Source: Lingula anatina (Eukaryota; Animalia; Brachiopoda). Taken from it: a DNA stretch of 64,000 bases. Made by a program: the position numbers and the translations under genes. The DNA is taken from positions 1,736,001 to 1,800,000 of the forward strand of contig CM120646.1 in NCBI GenBank assembly GCA_051362555.1, in the 5' to 3' direction. Positions 1 to 13,202 of this stretch are shown here, piece by piece (position 1 is the stretch's first letter; each line of letters starts with the position of its first letter). A model generated the notes under the pieces. It searched no databases and was not told the DNA's origin. It saw only the letters and a list, made by a program, of their open reading frames with translations.

Positions 1-65
1 GCTTAGACCGCAGCAGATACCATGTTCTATCTTTTACACATTGCTCAATAAAATGATTCTATATT

Positions 66-1041
66 TAGAGAATAATGAGCATACTGTAGTTTTCATTCAA
101 AGGTAATTGCTTACCAAGAGTACTTAGTCAGATGTTAGATGTAGCCAAAGGCTATGTTTCATCAGTACTTACCTGGAGAACATGTCATTCTCTATATGCA
201 CAATGTGTAGGCCTATATAGTGAATCATTCAGACACTGGACTTCACCCTGATAGGAGGTGTGCAGGACTTTTTATACCTGAGGTGACTTTCATTTATTTA
301 CATATATCAGTATTTCATAATCTAGTTCTTTATTGTGTATTTCATATTTTTCCATTTATTATATTACTGAGTTTACTAATAGTTTGTTTGTATGCATTTC
401 AGCCTTCATTGTTTCCAGTTAATAAAGATTGGAAATCAAATAGTGTCCATCTTATCTATGAAGGCTCAGGTATGATCATAGTCTACCGGTAAACAGTCCA
501 TCCTACAGGCCAGCATGCCAGTTGTAAAGTGCCCATTCCCAGACTGCACCTATGAGACAGAAGATGTGGCAGATACCATTGTCAACACACTATTGACAAT
601 ACATGCACAAAGCCATAATGCCACTTCCTCTCAGTCATCTACAAAGGTCAAAACTGACAAGATTCGTCGCCCCACAATATCTACAGCGGGTACTAGTGAA
701 GATTGGACTTACTTTCTGACTAGATGGAAAGAATATACCATAGCAACCAAAATTACTGGCCAAGATCGTGTAATACAATTACTGACAGAGAATGACATGA
801 TAGTGAATCATTTAGACACTGGACTTCACCCTGATAGGAGGTGTGCAGGACTTTTTATACCTGAGGTGACTTTCATTTATTTACATATATCAGTATTTCA
901 TAATCTAGTTCTTTATTGTGTATTTCATATTTTTCCATTTATTATATTACTGAGTTTACTAATAGTTTGTTTGTATGCATTTCAGCCTTCATTGTTTCCA
1001 GTTAATAAAGATTGGAAATCAAATAGTGTCCATCTTATCTA
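66..1041 (+). mobile_element. Internally deleted Gypsy-like LTR retroelement (5' LTR 66-458, gag fragment, partial 3' LTR ~800-1041)
   Basis: Direct repeat of ~240 bp (217-458 vs ~800-1041). Termini TAGA...TCTA, flanked by ATATT at 61-65 and 1042-1046. The paralogous site in the tandem copy (~7005-7020, 'ttctatattcat') is empty. Contains a gag-like ORF. Confidence 0.8.
515..782 (+). pseudogene. Truncated Gypsy-like gag N-terminus
   Basis: MPVVKCPFPDCTYET...IHAQSH...RPTISTAGTSEDWTYFLTRWKEY...QDRVIQLL resembles gag N-termini of invertebrate Gypsy elements (recognised from memory, not searched). The ORF runs into LTR sequence after ~782. Confidence 0.65.
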
Positions 1042-1433
1042 ATATTCACATACTAGCAAATTTGGATTTTGTACTTAGCTTCTCGCCGCTTAAAAGGTCG
1101 GGCAAAGCAAAGGATTAGTGAAAAATGTCAAGATGCAAATGTGAAATACACGAATACCCTAAATTTTACCATATTGGCAAGAGTATTTAATGAGTAAGAA
1201 ATCACAACAACAACAATAACAACATCAACAAAAACAACAACAATAATAATAATTTAAGTAATGTCGATACCCATGTGTTAAACCCCATATAAATAGTTCC
1301 AAGAGATAACCCACATCAGCCCCTGTAGATAACCCCTTCCTTCGCTATCTCGACCTTCTCACGTTATATGGGGGTCATTTTAAGCGGTGAGAAGCTAAGT
1401 ACTTGTGTTTTAGCGTCCTGCCATCGTAAGAAG

Positions 1434-4400
1434 ATGAACGTCCAATATTTTCTCATCGCATTGCTGTTTTATTGCTCTGCTCAAGGTATGTATGGCTTAC
1501 AGATATTTAGTAATTGCAGGCATATGTAATGTGTGTATCATTTGATATGGATATGTGTTGGTTATTAGAAAAAAACACCCAACTTTGAAGTTTGATTTAT
1601 TAAAGATAGAACAGGGAGCGATACGTTGGAAAAATTCTTACTTATTATCGATCCTCAATGGGTTGTGCTTTAATTCGATTGTATGGGCATACATGAACAT
1701 CTTGGCATGAAAATATATTTTTAATATCTCTGTCCGCTAATTTGTGTATACTCAATCATATATCAAGCATACTACGAGTATATGTTGCCATAGATATTTG
1801 ATATTCATATTAATTTACATAATGTGTACATTTGTTAAGTATGTTCGTGTCGCAATGAATAAATGGAATTGTACATGCATCAGGGAACTCATTGAATTAA
1901 GTTGTGGCATTTGTTCAAAATTACATAAATAAAGATTTCATCTTTTAAGATGCAAATTAATTTTTTTTAAATGCAAAGCGACCAAATACATTTATTTGGT
2001 GTCAAAGTACAGTGGATTTTGGTGTTGATAACCAATATGACATACATACAGGCGGTTCAAAATCCAATTTTCTGCAAAGCAACACTATCCCAGACCACAC
2101 ATGGGAATGTGATTGTACATATATATAGGCACAGACAAGTTGGTTTTATTGACCTATTTCAGCCAATGGGAACAGCCCGCCTCAGTTCACAGCGCCACCT
2201 ATACTTGTGATTAAGGAGGATCGGCCGATAGGTAATGCAAACCGAAAATTCAAGTATCCATTTTGAAAACAGCTATAAAATTATGACACTTTTTGGGAAA
2301 ACATGTTTTATGTATATCATATCCCAGATGTTTGAAGGCACAGGTCCCATCGTAATAACTGTAAGTTTTACTTCTTGTCCAAAGAGCAGCGTAATTTATG
2401 CACTCTTTTCTTATGACATAACCATGTAAGAACAATGGCAAATCAAAACCAATGTTTTCTTTCTTGTACAGGGTCTGTTGTTGGAACACTCAGGGCTACC
2501 GACTCAGACAGAGACAGCCTTACTTTCAGTGTTTCAGCCAGTGGATCTTCATTCGACCTCGTCCAGGTCTCTAACAATCCCGGCAGCGCTGAGTCAAACA
2601 TTACACTAAAGTCGCAACTTAATTATGAGGTGTGTGCACAGAAATTGAAATAAAGTTAAAAGGCCTATGATTACCCGTGCTTTTTGACTAGATTCGATCA
2701 CAATATACAGTAGTATTATGAGCGAAGTATTTTCTGTTCAGCTTTTAAAAACGTACTTCAATGTTTTAAAAATGTAAGTCATTTTATTCTTTAAATAAAA
2801 TTTACATCAATTTCTAAAACATCACTAGATTATATTATCCAGGCTCAACTGCAATGATTGGAAATATTCGAATTACACAATAAAATGACCATGCGATTAA
2901 AATAACACACAGTTATTACCGATATCTGCCTTTCATCGGAAACAGATTTAAATGACTCGTTGATATTTCTTTTAGCACATCCACAGTTTCTATTTTATTT
3001 GATTTTCAACATGAACTTGGATGTATATGTAGTACCAACAGATCTGCCTATTAGATTTTAAGTTTCATAATATATTAATACATTTCAGACAGCCTCACAG
3101 TTTGATGTTGGGTTCACTGTATCTGATGGCGTTAACCGGGTCAGTGGTATACGATAATAATTGTAACGAACTTTGTTCTTCACAATGTATTTTGTTTTAA
3201 ATAATAAAAAAAAGTTGTGATGACGATCATTAAACACATTTGCAGTGATCAGTGAATAAAAACCTGGGGTATAGTTAACTGATTTAATTTCTGAAAGTAG
3301 ATCACCACTTTGAAATATTCATCACCTTTCAAAATTCTTCTTTTACGATCCGGACAAACGACTGGCGATCGTGCTGTTTATTAAACAATACTTTTCATTT
3401 TAAGCCATTTGACGACACTAGCCTTCATCCACATTCACAAAGCCAGAATCCACTTGCCAAGTATGTTTCGTTGTTGAATATTATGTTTTCTTATTGCAGC
3501 TATTCAGAACTGTCACTGTATATGTCGTCAACGTAAATGACAACGTACCTCTCTTCAACAAGCTTCGTTACATTGCAGATGTTCTGGAAGTAAGCATGAT
3601 ATTTAAATAGCTGTGCATCATCCATATTATCACATGCTATAGAAAAATCATATGAGTCAGCTAGTATAAGAAGATAAAACAGTGCAGTGTATTTGTAGTT
3701 ATATAGAAAGCCATCTGTCTTAATTATCGTGCCATTTATGAAAAGGATGATCGTATGAGTATCGCAACTACCCAAAGCGTTTTAATAAGATAATGTTGAA
3801 ACATAGCGATACCTTTTTTCGTAATAATATTTGTATGTTTGAATTGATATGTCTGAGCTTTGCATTCTGTTTTAGAGCACTCCAGTGGGGACCAAAATCC
3901 TCACAGTGGAAGCGACGGACCCAGATTATGGCCCACCAACATACTTTTTCTACTCAAAGGTATGAAAACCGCTTCAACTTCCCCTGTCGTTTATTTATAA
4001 GTGCATAGGTTAACTGTTAACATAACTCAGAACTTTTACCCAACGCATGAAAAAGAGGTCTTGGAAAGAAGGAACCATTGTATGCATGTCCGCAAAAGTC
4101 GAATGAACCATTAATTTACTTAAGTATTTGCTTTTCCGCGCCATCTAATATGACGACGAAAAAATGAGTGTCTTTTATTTTACTGATATTTTGGATTTAT
4201 AATTGATCTTCACATTACTGCAGGGTCGAAGTTACTTTTTTGTGACAGGTTGGGCAACGGTTTGAGTTAAAACTGTTTGTTCCAAAGGTTTTTTTTTTTT
4301 TGTGTGTGTATATTTCTCCTTTACCCGCCGTTTCAGGATTCAGATTCCATCTCACAGGACGTTAGTCACTTTAGAATGAATCAAACAACAGGGGATATCA

Positions 4401-6460
4401 CACTTATAGCTCCGTTGGATTTTGAAAAGGATGCACAACACATTTTGATGGTTATGGCAAGGGTAATTATTTAATATTAGTATTTTGTATTAAAGAGTAG
4501 ACATCTGAGGTACCTGTTTTTATCAAGGTAAATAGTTTTTGTTTAGCTGACCAAGGACCAATTAGTAATATTTTTAAATCTACGTAAGCTGGTTGGGGTG
4601 GGGGGGGGGGGTCAAAGGAAAATTGTGAATCTTACTCCGGCCTTGAATCCCGGCTAGGTTCTTTCATTGACGTATGAGTATATCATTGGTATTTGAGGTC
4701 TCCTAAAGAGATTGCAAACACTTGAAGAAACAGAGATTATTCATATTTCGTTCTGAAAAACGCATGTAATTGTCAGCATTAATTATGATGGATAAAATAA
4801 GTAAAATCAGGTCATTGGTGGTTAAACAAAGAGGTAGAGTCAAAAGCAAATTTGTCCACTTGTCTATTTCTTATCATTAACCAATGTGTTTCAACGTTCT
4901 TTACAGGACCAATACGGCTGGAACGGCACATCAACGGTCTATGTAAGAGTTGGGGACGTGCCAGAGGAACCGCTTACTACATCACCTCAAGGTGAGACAA
5001 GGGAAATACGGTATAAAAGACCCATGTCATTATCTAAGGGAGTTAGATCGATCTAAATCTTTGGGAATGCACCCTTAGATTCTAGTCAATTCACATTTAC
5101 TGTATACATTCCACGTGGAAGATCTATGCCACACTACATGTAGGTAGGCTCTTTAATTTGAGAATATACAAAGTGTCGATTCAAAGCATTTTGAGCTGCA
5201 CCTGCAATATACAATGACCTTGACGTCATTCAACACAGTGACGTAGTACGATTTATGACTTCAGATTGCTATGATGTGTTCAAGACGGAAAATACCACAC
5301 CTGGTGTATATACTGTGTATCCTATCTCTGACGTCACAAAGTCAAAAGCCCCAGCACCACTGATGGTAACTAATCATAAAAGTTTTACCTCTGAGGCGCT
5401 GTGTCCAAATTTATTTTGCTTTAAACACTGGACATGGTGAATTTAAGCTAACATGTACTTTGAATAATTTGATCAATGCAAGGCACATTAGGATTTTTTG
5501 TAATTTTGTAATTTACAGACAATTAAAATTTGCACAAGCAGGGCATGCAAAAAAGATTAAAAGTATAATTATTATATATCCATTTCAGGGTGAAATGTAT
5601 GCAAAGATATTCTACATGTGGGAATCAATGAATATTTACAGTCATACGTGTATTATATGGTGATGTCTACATCTGTCAAAGATCTCTGGCCATTCTTTTC
5701 GTCAATTTTTGAAAGTGTGGAGAAAAGAAAATTGGTTTTATTCTCGTAAATTGCAATAACAAATCTTATTCGTTTAAGTTAATTTGCTTATTTATTCATT
5801 TATTCACCCCAGATTGGAATGACTATAAAGATGGCTTTGGCGATCTTCGCGGTAATTTCTGGCTTGGAAATGAGAACATCCACTCTCTGACGAAGAACAA
5901 AGCATACAAACTAATGCTTCAGGTTGAAACTTTGTAAGTGTTATTGTATAGTTTGGGGGTATTACTTTGGTAGTATATTTAGTAACTTGTGTTCTATAAC
6001 AGCCCTTTCTATCATTTATATTAGGTCCTTTCTGTTTTATCAGTAGATGCTGGTAAGCTAATAATAGTGCCATTCTTTAAAACAATCTTACAGTAACAGG
6101 ACAAATTATGCATTTCTAACTTGTAATACCTTTTTTGTTGTTAGGAATGACAAGAAGAATTATGTCGCAGGGTACGAAGCATTCAATATCGATGACGAAG
6201 CCAGTCTTTATACTCTACATGTCTCCGGGTACTCAGGCAACGCAGGGGATGGATTCGGAACTCACAACGGCCTTCCTTTCAGCACCAAGGATAAAGACAA
6301 CGACAAAAGTTTCGGCTTTTGTGGCGACATCTATGGTGGATGGTGGTATCACGACTGTCGTCTGGCGGATCTGAACGGTTGGATGGAATGGTTCACCGGG
6401 AACAAATGGCTTTTCTTGGATCGCACTGCGATGAAAATTAAACCTGCTTCTGTAAATTAG
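1434..6460 (+). CDS. Secreted protein: signal peptide + two cadherin repeats + fibrinogen-related domain (FReD); one splice junction is frame-discordant
   Basis: Exons 1434-1485 (MNVQYFLIALLFYCSAQ, signal peptide), 2163-2231, 2472-2629, 3089-3139, 3500-3589, 3876-3959, 4337-4462, 4907-4991, 5265-5365, 5813-5933, 6145-6460, all GT-AG. Cadherin motifs: ATDSD, LNYE, NVNDNVPLF, EATDPD, LDFE. FReD motifs: DCYD..GVYTV, WNDYKDGFG..GNFWLGNE, FSTKDKDND, GGWWY..C..ADLNG, MKIKP. Phases match at every junction except 5365/5813. AATAAA at 6495. Confidence 0.8.
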
Positions 6461-7398
6461 ATGCTTTGATGTAAATGCGTTGATTTTGACGGTAAATAAA
6501 GGAGAATGTATTAACGTTGCTAAATTTCAAAATATAGCATTGTTTCTTTTTTATCCATAATACAATCCACTGCACGGCCATCGATACATTGAAGAGTTCC
6601 CATGTATTGATGTGTGTCACATGTAATACGTACCTGTACGTCGTATAAAGCAGCGTCGCGAAGCAGCAAGCTGGAGGTGGTAACACGGGATATGTGTAGC
6701 CTTCTACCTTTTTCTCGGAAGAGGTCTATGTGTGCTGCAATGTATTATCTTATCGTGACACCCTTCTCGGCCGCCGTAACAGGTGACGGCATACCTCAGG
6801 CATATCTCAACACGCATGACACAGTAGTCATATTACACTTAGGAAGCGTATTCAGTAGCACTAAAATAAAAGATTCCAACTGAACGTAAAGTCTATTGTT
6901 TCAGTTGGATCACATAAAATTCCTTGACAAATTCCTCTTTCAGGAGAATGCTTAGACTGCAGCAGATACCATGTTCTATCTTTTACACATTGCTCAATAA
7001 AATGATTCTATATTCATATACTAGCAAATTTGGATTTTGTTCTCAAAAGACGGATAAAGCAAAGGATTTGTGAAAACTGCCATTTTGCAAATGTGAAATA
7101 CACGAATACACTAAATTCTACCATATTAGCAAGGGTATATAACGACAACAACAACAATAACAACATCAACAACAACAACAACAATAATAATAATAATAAT
7201 AATAATATAAGAAATATCGATCACCATGTGTTAAAATCCCACATGAGATACTAGTTCCAAGAGATAACCCACATAGGCCCTGTAGATAACCTCTTCCTTC
7301 GCTAACTCTACACTGTACCTTCCCACGTTATATGGGGGATCATTTTACGCGGAGAGGGGATAAGTGTTTGTGTTTTAGCGTCCTGCCACCGTAAGAAG

Positions 7399-9546
7399 AT
7401 GAACGTCCAATATTTTCTCATCCTACTGCTCTTTCATTACACTTCTCAAGGTATGTATGGCTTACAGATAGTTTGTGATTCCTGGCATCTGTAATGTGTC
7501 TATCATTCGATATTGATATATGTTGGTTATTAGAAAAAAATCACCCAAATTTGAAATTTGACTTATTAAAGATAGAACAGGGAGCAATGCGGTGCAAAAA
7601 ATCTTACTTATTATTGATTCTCAATGGATTTTGCTTTAATTCGATTATATGGGCATACATGTACTTCGTGGCATGAAAATGTATTTTTTATATTTTTGTC
7701 CGCTTATTTGTGTATATGCAGACATATATCAAGTATATGTTGCCATAAATATTTGCTATTCATATTATTTCACATAATGTGTACATTCGTAAAATATGTT
7801 CGTGTTGCAATAAACGAATGGGATTGTACATGTAAGAGGTAATCCATTGAATATAAGCTGTGGTATTTGTTAAAGATTACATGAATAAAGATTTCGCCTT
7901 AAAGGCACAGCGACCAAATATTTGGTGTCAATGTACAGTGGCTTTTGGTGTTGATAGCCAATGTGACGTACATTCAGGCTGTTCAATATCCCATTTTTCT
8001 GCAAAACATCCTTATCCCAGATCACATATGGGAATGTGATTGTTCCTGTAGAGGCACAGGCAAGATGACAATGCAATTCGGTCGAGAAAAACGAAATTTG
8101 AGGTATGAGCCAGAAAACGCCATTGGATGCACTGTCCAAAATGACCAAATAGCGAAAAGAAAGGGTGGGTAGGACAATGGAGGGTGTCGTTATTAAAATG
8201 CGTTTTGTGAAGTAAACTAGGTGCCAATGTATCTTAATAAATTATTGCACTATTTCAGCCAATGGGAACAGCCCGCCTCAGTTCACAGTGCCATCTATAC
8301 TTGTGATTAAGGAAGATCGTCCGATAGGTAATGCAAACAGATAATTCAATTTTCAGTGTTGAAAACAGCTATAAACTTACGATACTAGTACTTTTGGGGA
8401 AAACGTGTTTTACATGTATAGGCCTATCGTATCTCAACAGATGTTTGAATGTACATGTCCCATCATATAAACTGTCCGATTTGCCCATTTTTCCAAAGAG
8501 CAGCGTGTTTTATGCACATTTTCTTATGACATAACCATGTAAAACAGTGGCAAACCAAAACCAATGATTCCTTTCTTGTGCAGGGTCTGTTGTTGGGACA
8601 CTCAGGGCTACCGACTCAGACGGAGACAGCCTTTCGTTCAGTGTTTCAGCCAGTGGATCTGCATTCAACCTCGTCCAGGTCTCTAACACCCGCGGTCACG
8701 CTAAAGCAAACATAACACTAAGGGCGCAACTTAATTATGAGGTTAGTGCCCAGAAAATGAAATAAAGTTAAGAGGCCTATGATTACCCATGCTTTTTGAC
8801 TAAATTCGAAACCAATATGTTGTAGTATTATGAGCGAAATATTTTATGTTTAGATTTTTAAAACGTACTTCAATGTTGTAAAAATGTAAATCATTTTATT
8901 TTTAAAATAAAATTTGCATCAATTTCTGAAACGTCACTAGATTATGTTATCCAGGCTCAACTGCAATAATTGGAAATATTTGAATTACACAATAAAATGA
9001 CCATGCGATTAAAATAACACACAGTTATTACCAGTATCTGCCTTTCATCGGAAACAGATTTAAATGACTCGTTGATATTTTCCTTAAAACATCCACAGTA
9101 TCTATTTTATTTAATTTTCAACATGAACTTGGATGCATATGTGTATGTAGTACCAACAGATCTGCCAATAAGATTTTAAGTTTCACAATATTTTGATACA
9201 TTTCAGACAGTCACACAATTTGATGTTGGGTTCACTGTATCTGATTTCGTTAATACGGTCAGTGGTATACGTTAATAATTGTAATGATCTTTGTTTTTCA
9301 CAATGTATTTTGTTGTAAATAATAAAAACAGCTGTGATGACGATCATTAAACACATCTGCAGTGATCAGTGCATAAACACATGGGGTATAGTTAAAGGGA
9401 TAATAACTCTTCGTTTCGGCCAAAAAATGAATTTTCCTGGAGTAAACAACAATTTTCCCATACTTACCAATGGTTAATGAATCCATTTTTACATTCGAAG
9501 TTAGTCCCTGTCAAAGATGAAAATTAAACCTGCTTCTGTTAATTAG
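7399..9546 (+). pseudogene. Second copy of the cadherin-FReD gene, internally deleted
   Basis: Exons 7399-7450, 8259-8327, 8584-8741 and 9207-9257 are intact. Exons 5-10 and most of exon 11 are missing. Only MKIKPASVN* remains (9517-9546), with no native acceptor. Confidence 0.8.
9396..9511 (-). mobile_element. Fragment of a TTAA-targeting (Kolobok-like) MITE at the deletion breakpoint
   Basis: Reverse complement of 43133-43249. Begins AGGGATAATAACTCTT right after TTAA (9392-9395), which matches TTAA 3275-3278 in copy 1. Confidence 0.8.
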
Positions 9547-12114
9547 ATGCTTTGATAACAATGCGTTGATTTTAACGGTGAATAAAGGGGAAAATGTGAA
9601 CGTTGCTAAATTACAAAATATAGCATGGTTTCTTTTTTATTCTGAATACAATCTTAAGGCCACTTCACGGACATCGACATATTTAAATAGTTTGGGCACT
9701 GATGAAGAGTTTCCATGTATTGATGTATATAACATGGAACACATGTGCTCCTTTTGTTGCTCTTTTTATTCGCTTTATTACCTTGCGCTAGTAAGACTGT
9801 ACACCCTCACCTTCCTACCCACCCACCCCTACTTAACACAATGTGCATATCGAGGTGTTGAAAGCCATCAGTGCCATATTGAAGGGATTACCGAAATAAA
9901 TGCTTTACTGAGCCAATTATAAACGGAAGCCGAAATAAAATTTATGATTACAGACTATGGCTGTTTGACAGCGGTAATTAGACTGTCTTTTAGAAGTTTA
10001 CTAGTATACAAATATGGACTGTTTTGCCATATCATAATGTTTTCTCTTTGTCACGGGAGAAGTAAAGATCAAATCTTTGTCTGAAGTCGAAAGGGTTTCT
10101 GATTCAGTCAAAAAGAATGATAATTCAAAACACCGACATGATGGGTGTACGTTTTACTGCTCGAATTTTACTTGAAATTTTTAATAATCCTTATAATAAA
10201 TTAAGAGAAGCTATTTTATTTATCATTATTATTATTATTATTACTATAATTTAATTCTAATCATATTTTGACTTTTCGAGCATTATTGGATTGACACTGT
10301 TTCCACGAGAAGCTCACGTACCGAGCTGGCCGGTATACATTATCCAACTGAAATTATGCTGACTTCGTAGATCCTCCACTTAGTGAATGCAGTAACCTTG
10401 CCTTTCTATCTCCTCTACCGCAATAGAACCCATGTCAACAGAATGGAGCTTCATTTTGTCGTTTTGCGCAGGGTGCCGAGGGCAAAAGATTAGCGGAAAA
10501 CATATAATTCATAAATAGGGTTAGAGTTTTCACTGCTGTAACGATGCCTATTTATACACTATTGCCAAAAAACTCATTTTAACCAAGCATCCAAACTATT
10601 GTGTCCAAGCTTTTTTTTCCAAACTAATGAAATCCATTTACTAACACCTTTCGTCATTCCCAGTTTTCGCGCGTGATCATGAATCACGACTTTTAAGAAA
10701 CAATTAAGTTAAAATGATTCTACCATCGGGTCTGTAGGCTGAGGAAAAAGCCCGTGGGAGCAACTGATGATGATCTGCAACAGCAACAAGACTTGTTATT
10801 TGTGTCTCCTGCGGTACTCATCTAGACGCTTACAGAAGGAAAAGACCTCTGATAAAAGGGGAGAGAGGAAAAGGATAACACTTGAAAAGTTCCCTAAACA
10901 TGTCTGTTTTCATGAATAACTGGGAGGCAGCCCCCCCCTTCCCCGTGCGTGATTCCCGCGCGTGACAGGGAGTTCCTATGTGTTTTGTTTCACCACTTAT
11001 GAAATCGATATGTTATAGAGGTCGTACATGTATTATATATGTATCTTCACGAAAAATAAACATTATATATAGCTGATCAGGTAAATGCTACTTCTGCTGT
11101 TTAAGGTGAAGCGTTCAGTAATGTAAATTTTGAGCACTGCCGTCATTCTGCTGAAATTCTAAATATAAAATCATTTGGATAGTTGTATACGTTTTGATCT
11201 GGAGAGTTTCACCAACTTCCGTGAGATCTTGCATTTGATATACATGTATTATGAAGAACTGAAGATGTAGGAATCGTACCGAACAACTGCAAGCTCATGC
11301 CCATGTAACTTGCAGTCCTCACGCGATCGTCAAATTGCAGTTTACTTCCTCGAGCTCGGGCAGACGTCAAGATCAGAGAGCGATAGCAGTTGTAATGTCA
11401 CATAAGTTCACGTCGTTGCTCGGAGATTTCTCACTAGCTTCAGTTAATCATTCTTTTATCCAGATTTGATTTTGATCTGTGTATTGCCCCGTTCACTTTA
11501 TCTCCACGTGTCAGAGACAGTTCACAGGGATGACAATATTGTGTTATCTACTTTTCTTTGTAGTCATCCTGCCTATGAGAAATTTAATCAATTGAGAAGA
11601 TTTCAGCTATTGTCCGACAGAAAAAAGGGACATTTTATCAAATTTCAACTTGAAGATTATTTGCTTTATTTATTGTAACGTATACATCTACGTGGGAAGA
11701 TGAAAATTGACAAAAGAAATGTAATTATAGATAAGTATGCTATTAACCACTGATATACTAAAATGACTACTTCTAGCATAATAAAGAAATTTTGGCTAAG
11801 CTCTTGTATACACTTACAAATCAATTGCCATTAGGACTCTAGATCTCTACTACTTGCATCAAGGGCATTGGAGTGGTAAAGAATTAATACGATCGCGGTT
11901 TCTTTCCCTTGGCATTTTATAACAATGGCAAAATTTTCATCGATTGTTCTTAGGCCAAAGTTTGTAGTGTTTTGTAAATACTCGGCAGAATGTGGTTCGC
12001 AAGGTCGTTGTAGGTCGCAAGGTCGTTGACCTTTTTACCTGTGCGAGCCTCGTGTCGTATTTAATTGACAGTCTAATTGATAGTAACCTGATGTTTCTTA
12101 AGGAAGCTAGTGTC

Positions 12115-12147
<33 letters not shown>

Positions 12148-13202
12148 ATTGAGCATGGCCCAATTATACTGTGATACTCTGGAAGCGTTACCTGGACGTT
12201 TTCAGTCTAGATATTTAAATCGTCTAAGTCATCTCACACACACACCAGTAGACACCAGCATCTCCAGTCTATGGCGTCCAATTATAAAAGAGCCTTGAAA
12301 GGGATACGATATGTTTGATCTCATTCTTTCAGCCTCCAGGCTGAAGGAGCTACATGCATTTCTGATAAATACTCCGTTTTACCGGGAAAGAAACGAGAGA
12401 GAGTGTGGACAGCATTCTGCGTGACATATGCGTGTCTGTGTCTTGTGCCTGCATATGCGTTTATCTTTTATATACGTATATGTCTGTACATATTCTGGTT
12501 ACCGTGTCTGTCCGTTTCGTCGCCGTCGCTGTCACTGTCCGTATCATCAATAAACTGAAATAAATAAATTGACTGGTTACATACTATAGTAATTAACATG
12601 AAACGGTCACATTATTAACACGCTGGTGTAATAGTATAAAAACATTTTGGGTGGCACATAAGCATAGCGTAAAGGTCTAACATGGATTAACTTTGTACAA
12701 AAAAACGTATAAAAAAGTTTTTCAGGTAAACATGAGCCTTTACACACAGGCTATACAATAGTATAAAAACACTAGGCTATACAAGTCCAAATTCTAGGTT
12801 TCAAGAGATAAATTTTCACATTAGGTTATACATGTCTGATTTCTGGGTTTGCAAAGCTCCTTTTTCGCACTTATAACGGCGATGTTAGCCCCATTTGTTC
12901 AAGTGATGTATATTTGTTTTACTTCAAAATTGCTGTTTGTCTTTGCATGTTAATAACACGTTCTTTTCGAAAATCGCCATGATCCGATTATTTTTGGTAT
13001 ATAAAGAAGGGTCTTTTCTAAAATCAACATGATCGCATTTCTTTCATAGGAGATTTTGATTTTTTCCGGATTACTTCAAATTTGCAGATTGACTTTTGTA
13101 TGTAAATACGCCAGGTTCCTTTCGAAATACCAATAGTGAATTTATATGATAAATGATTTATGCTCATTTGTATCGAATTAGAATGTTGCTCTTAATGTCT
13201 TA

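Larger units (their letters stand above)
6950..9725 (+). repeat. Tandem segmental duplicate of region 1-~6610
   Basis: Starts with the same gcttagac.gcagcagataccatg as position 1. Collinear through promoter, exons 1-4 and introns, then resumes at the end of the last exon and the 3' UTR (9517-9725 vs 6431-6612). Confidence 0.9.

Noticed and set aside
220-492. Hydrophobic 90-aa ORF suggesting a membrane protein
   Set aside because: It lies almost entirely in LTR sequence and is repeated at 800-1042; its hydrophobicity reflects T-richness.
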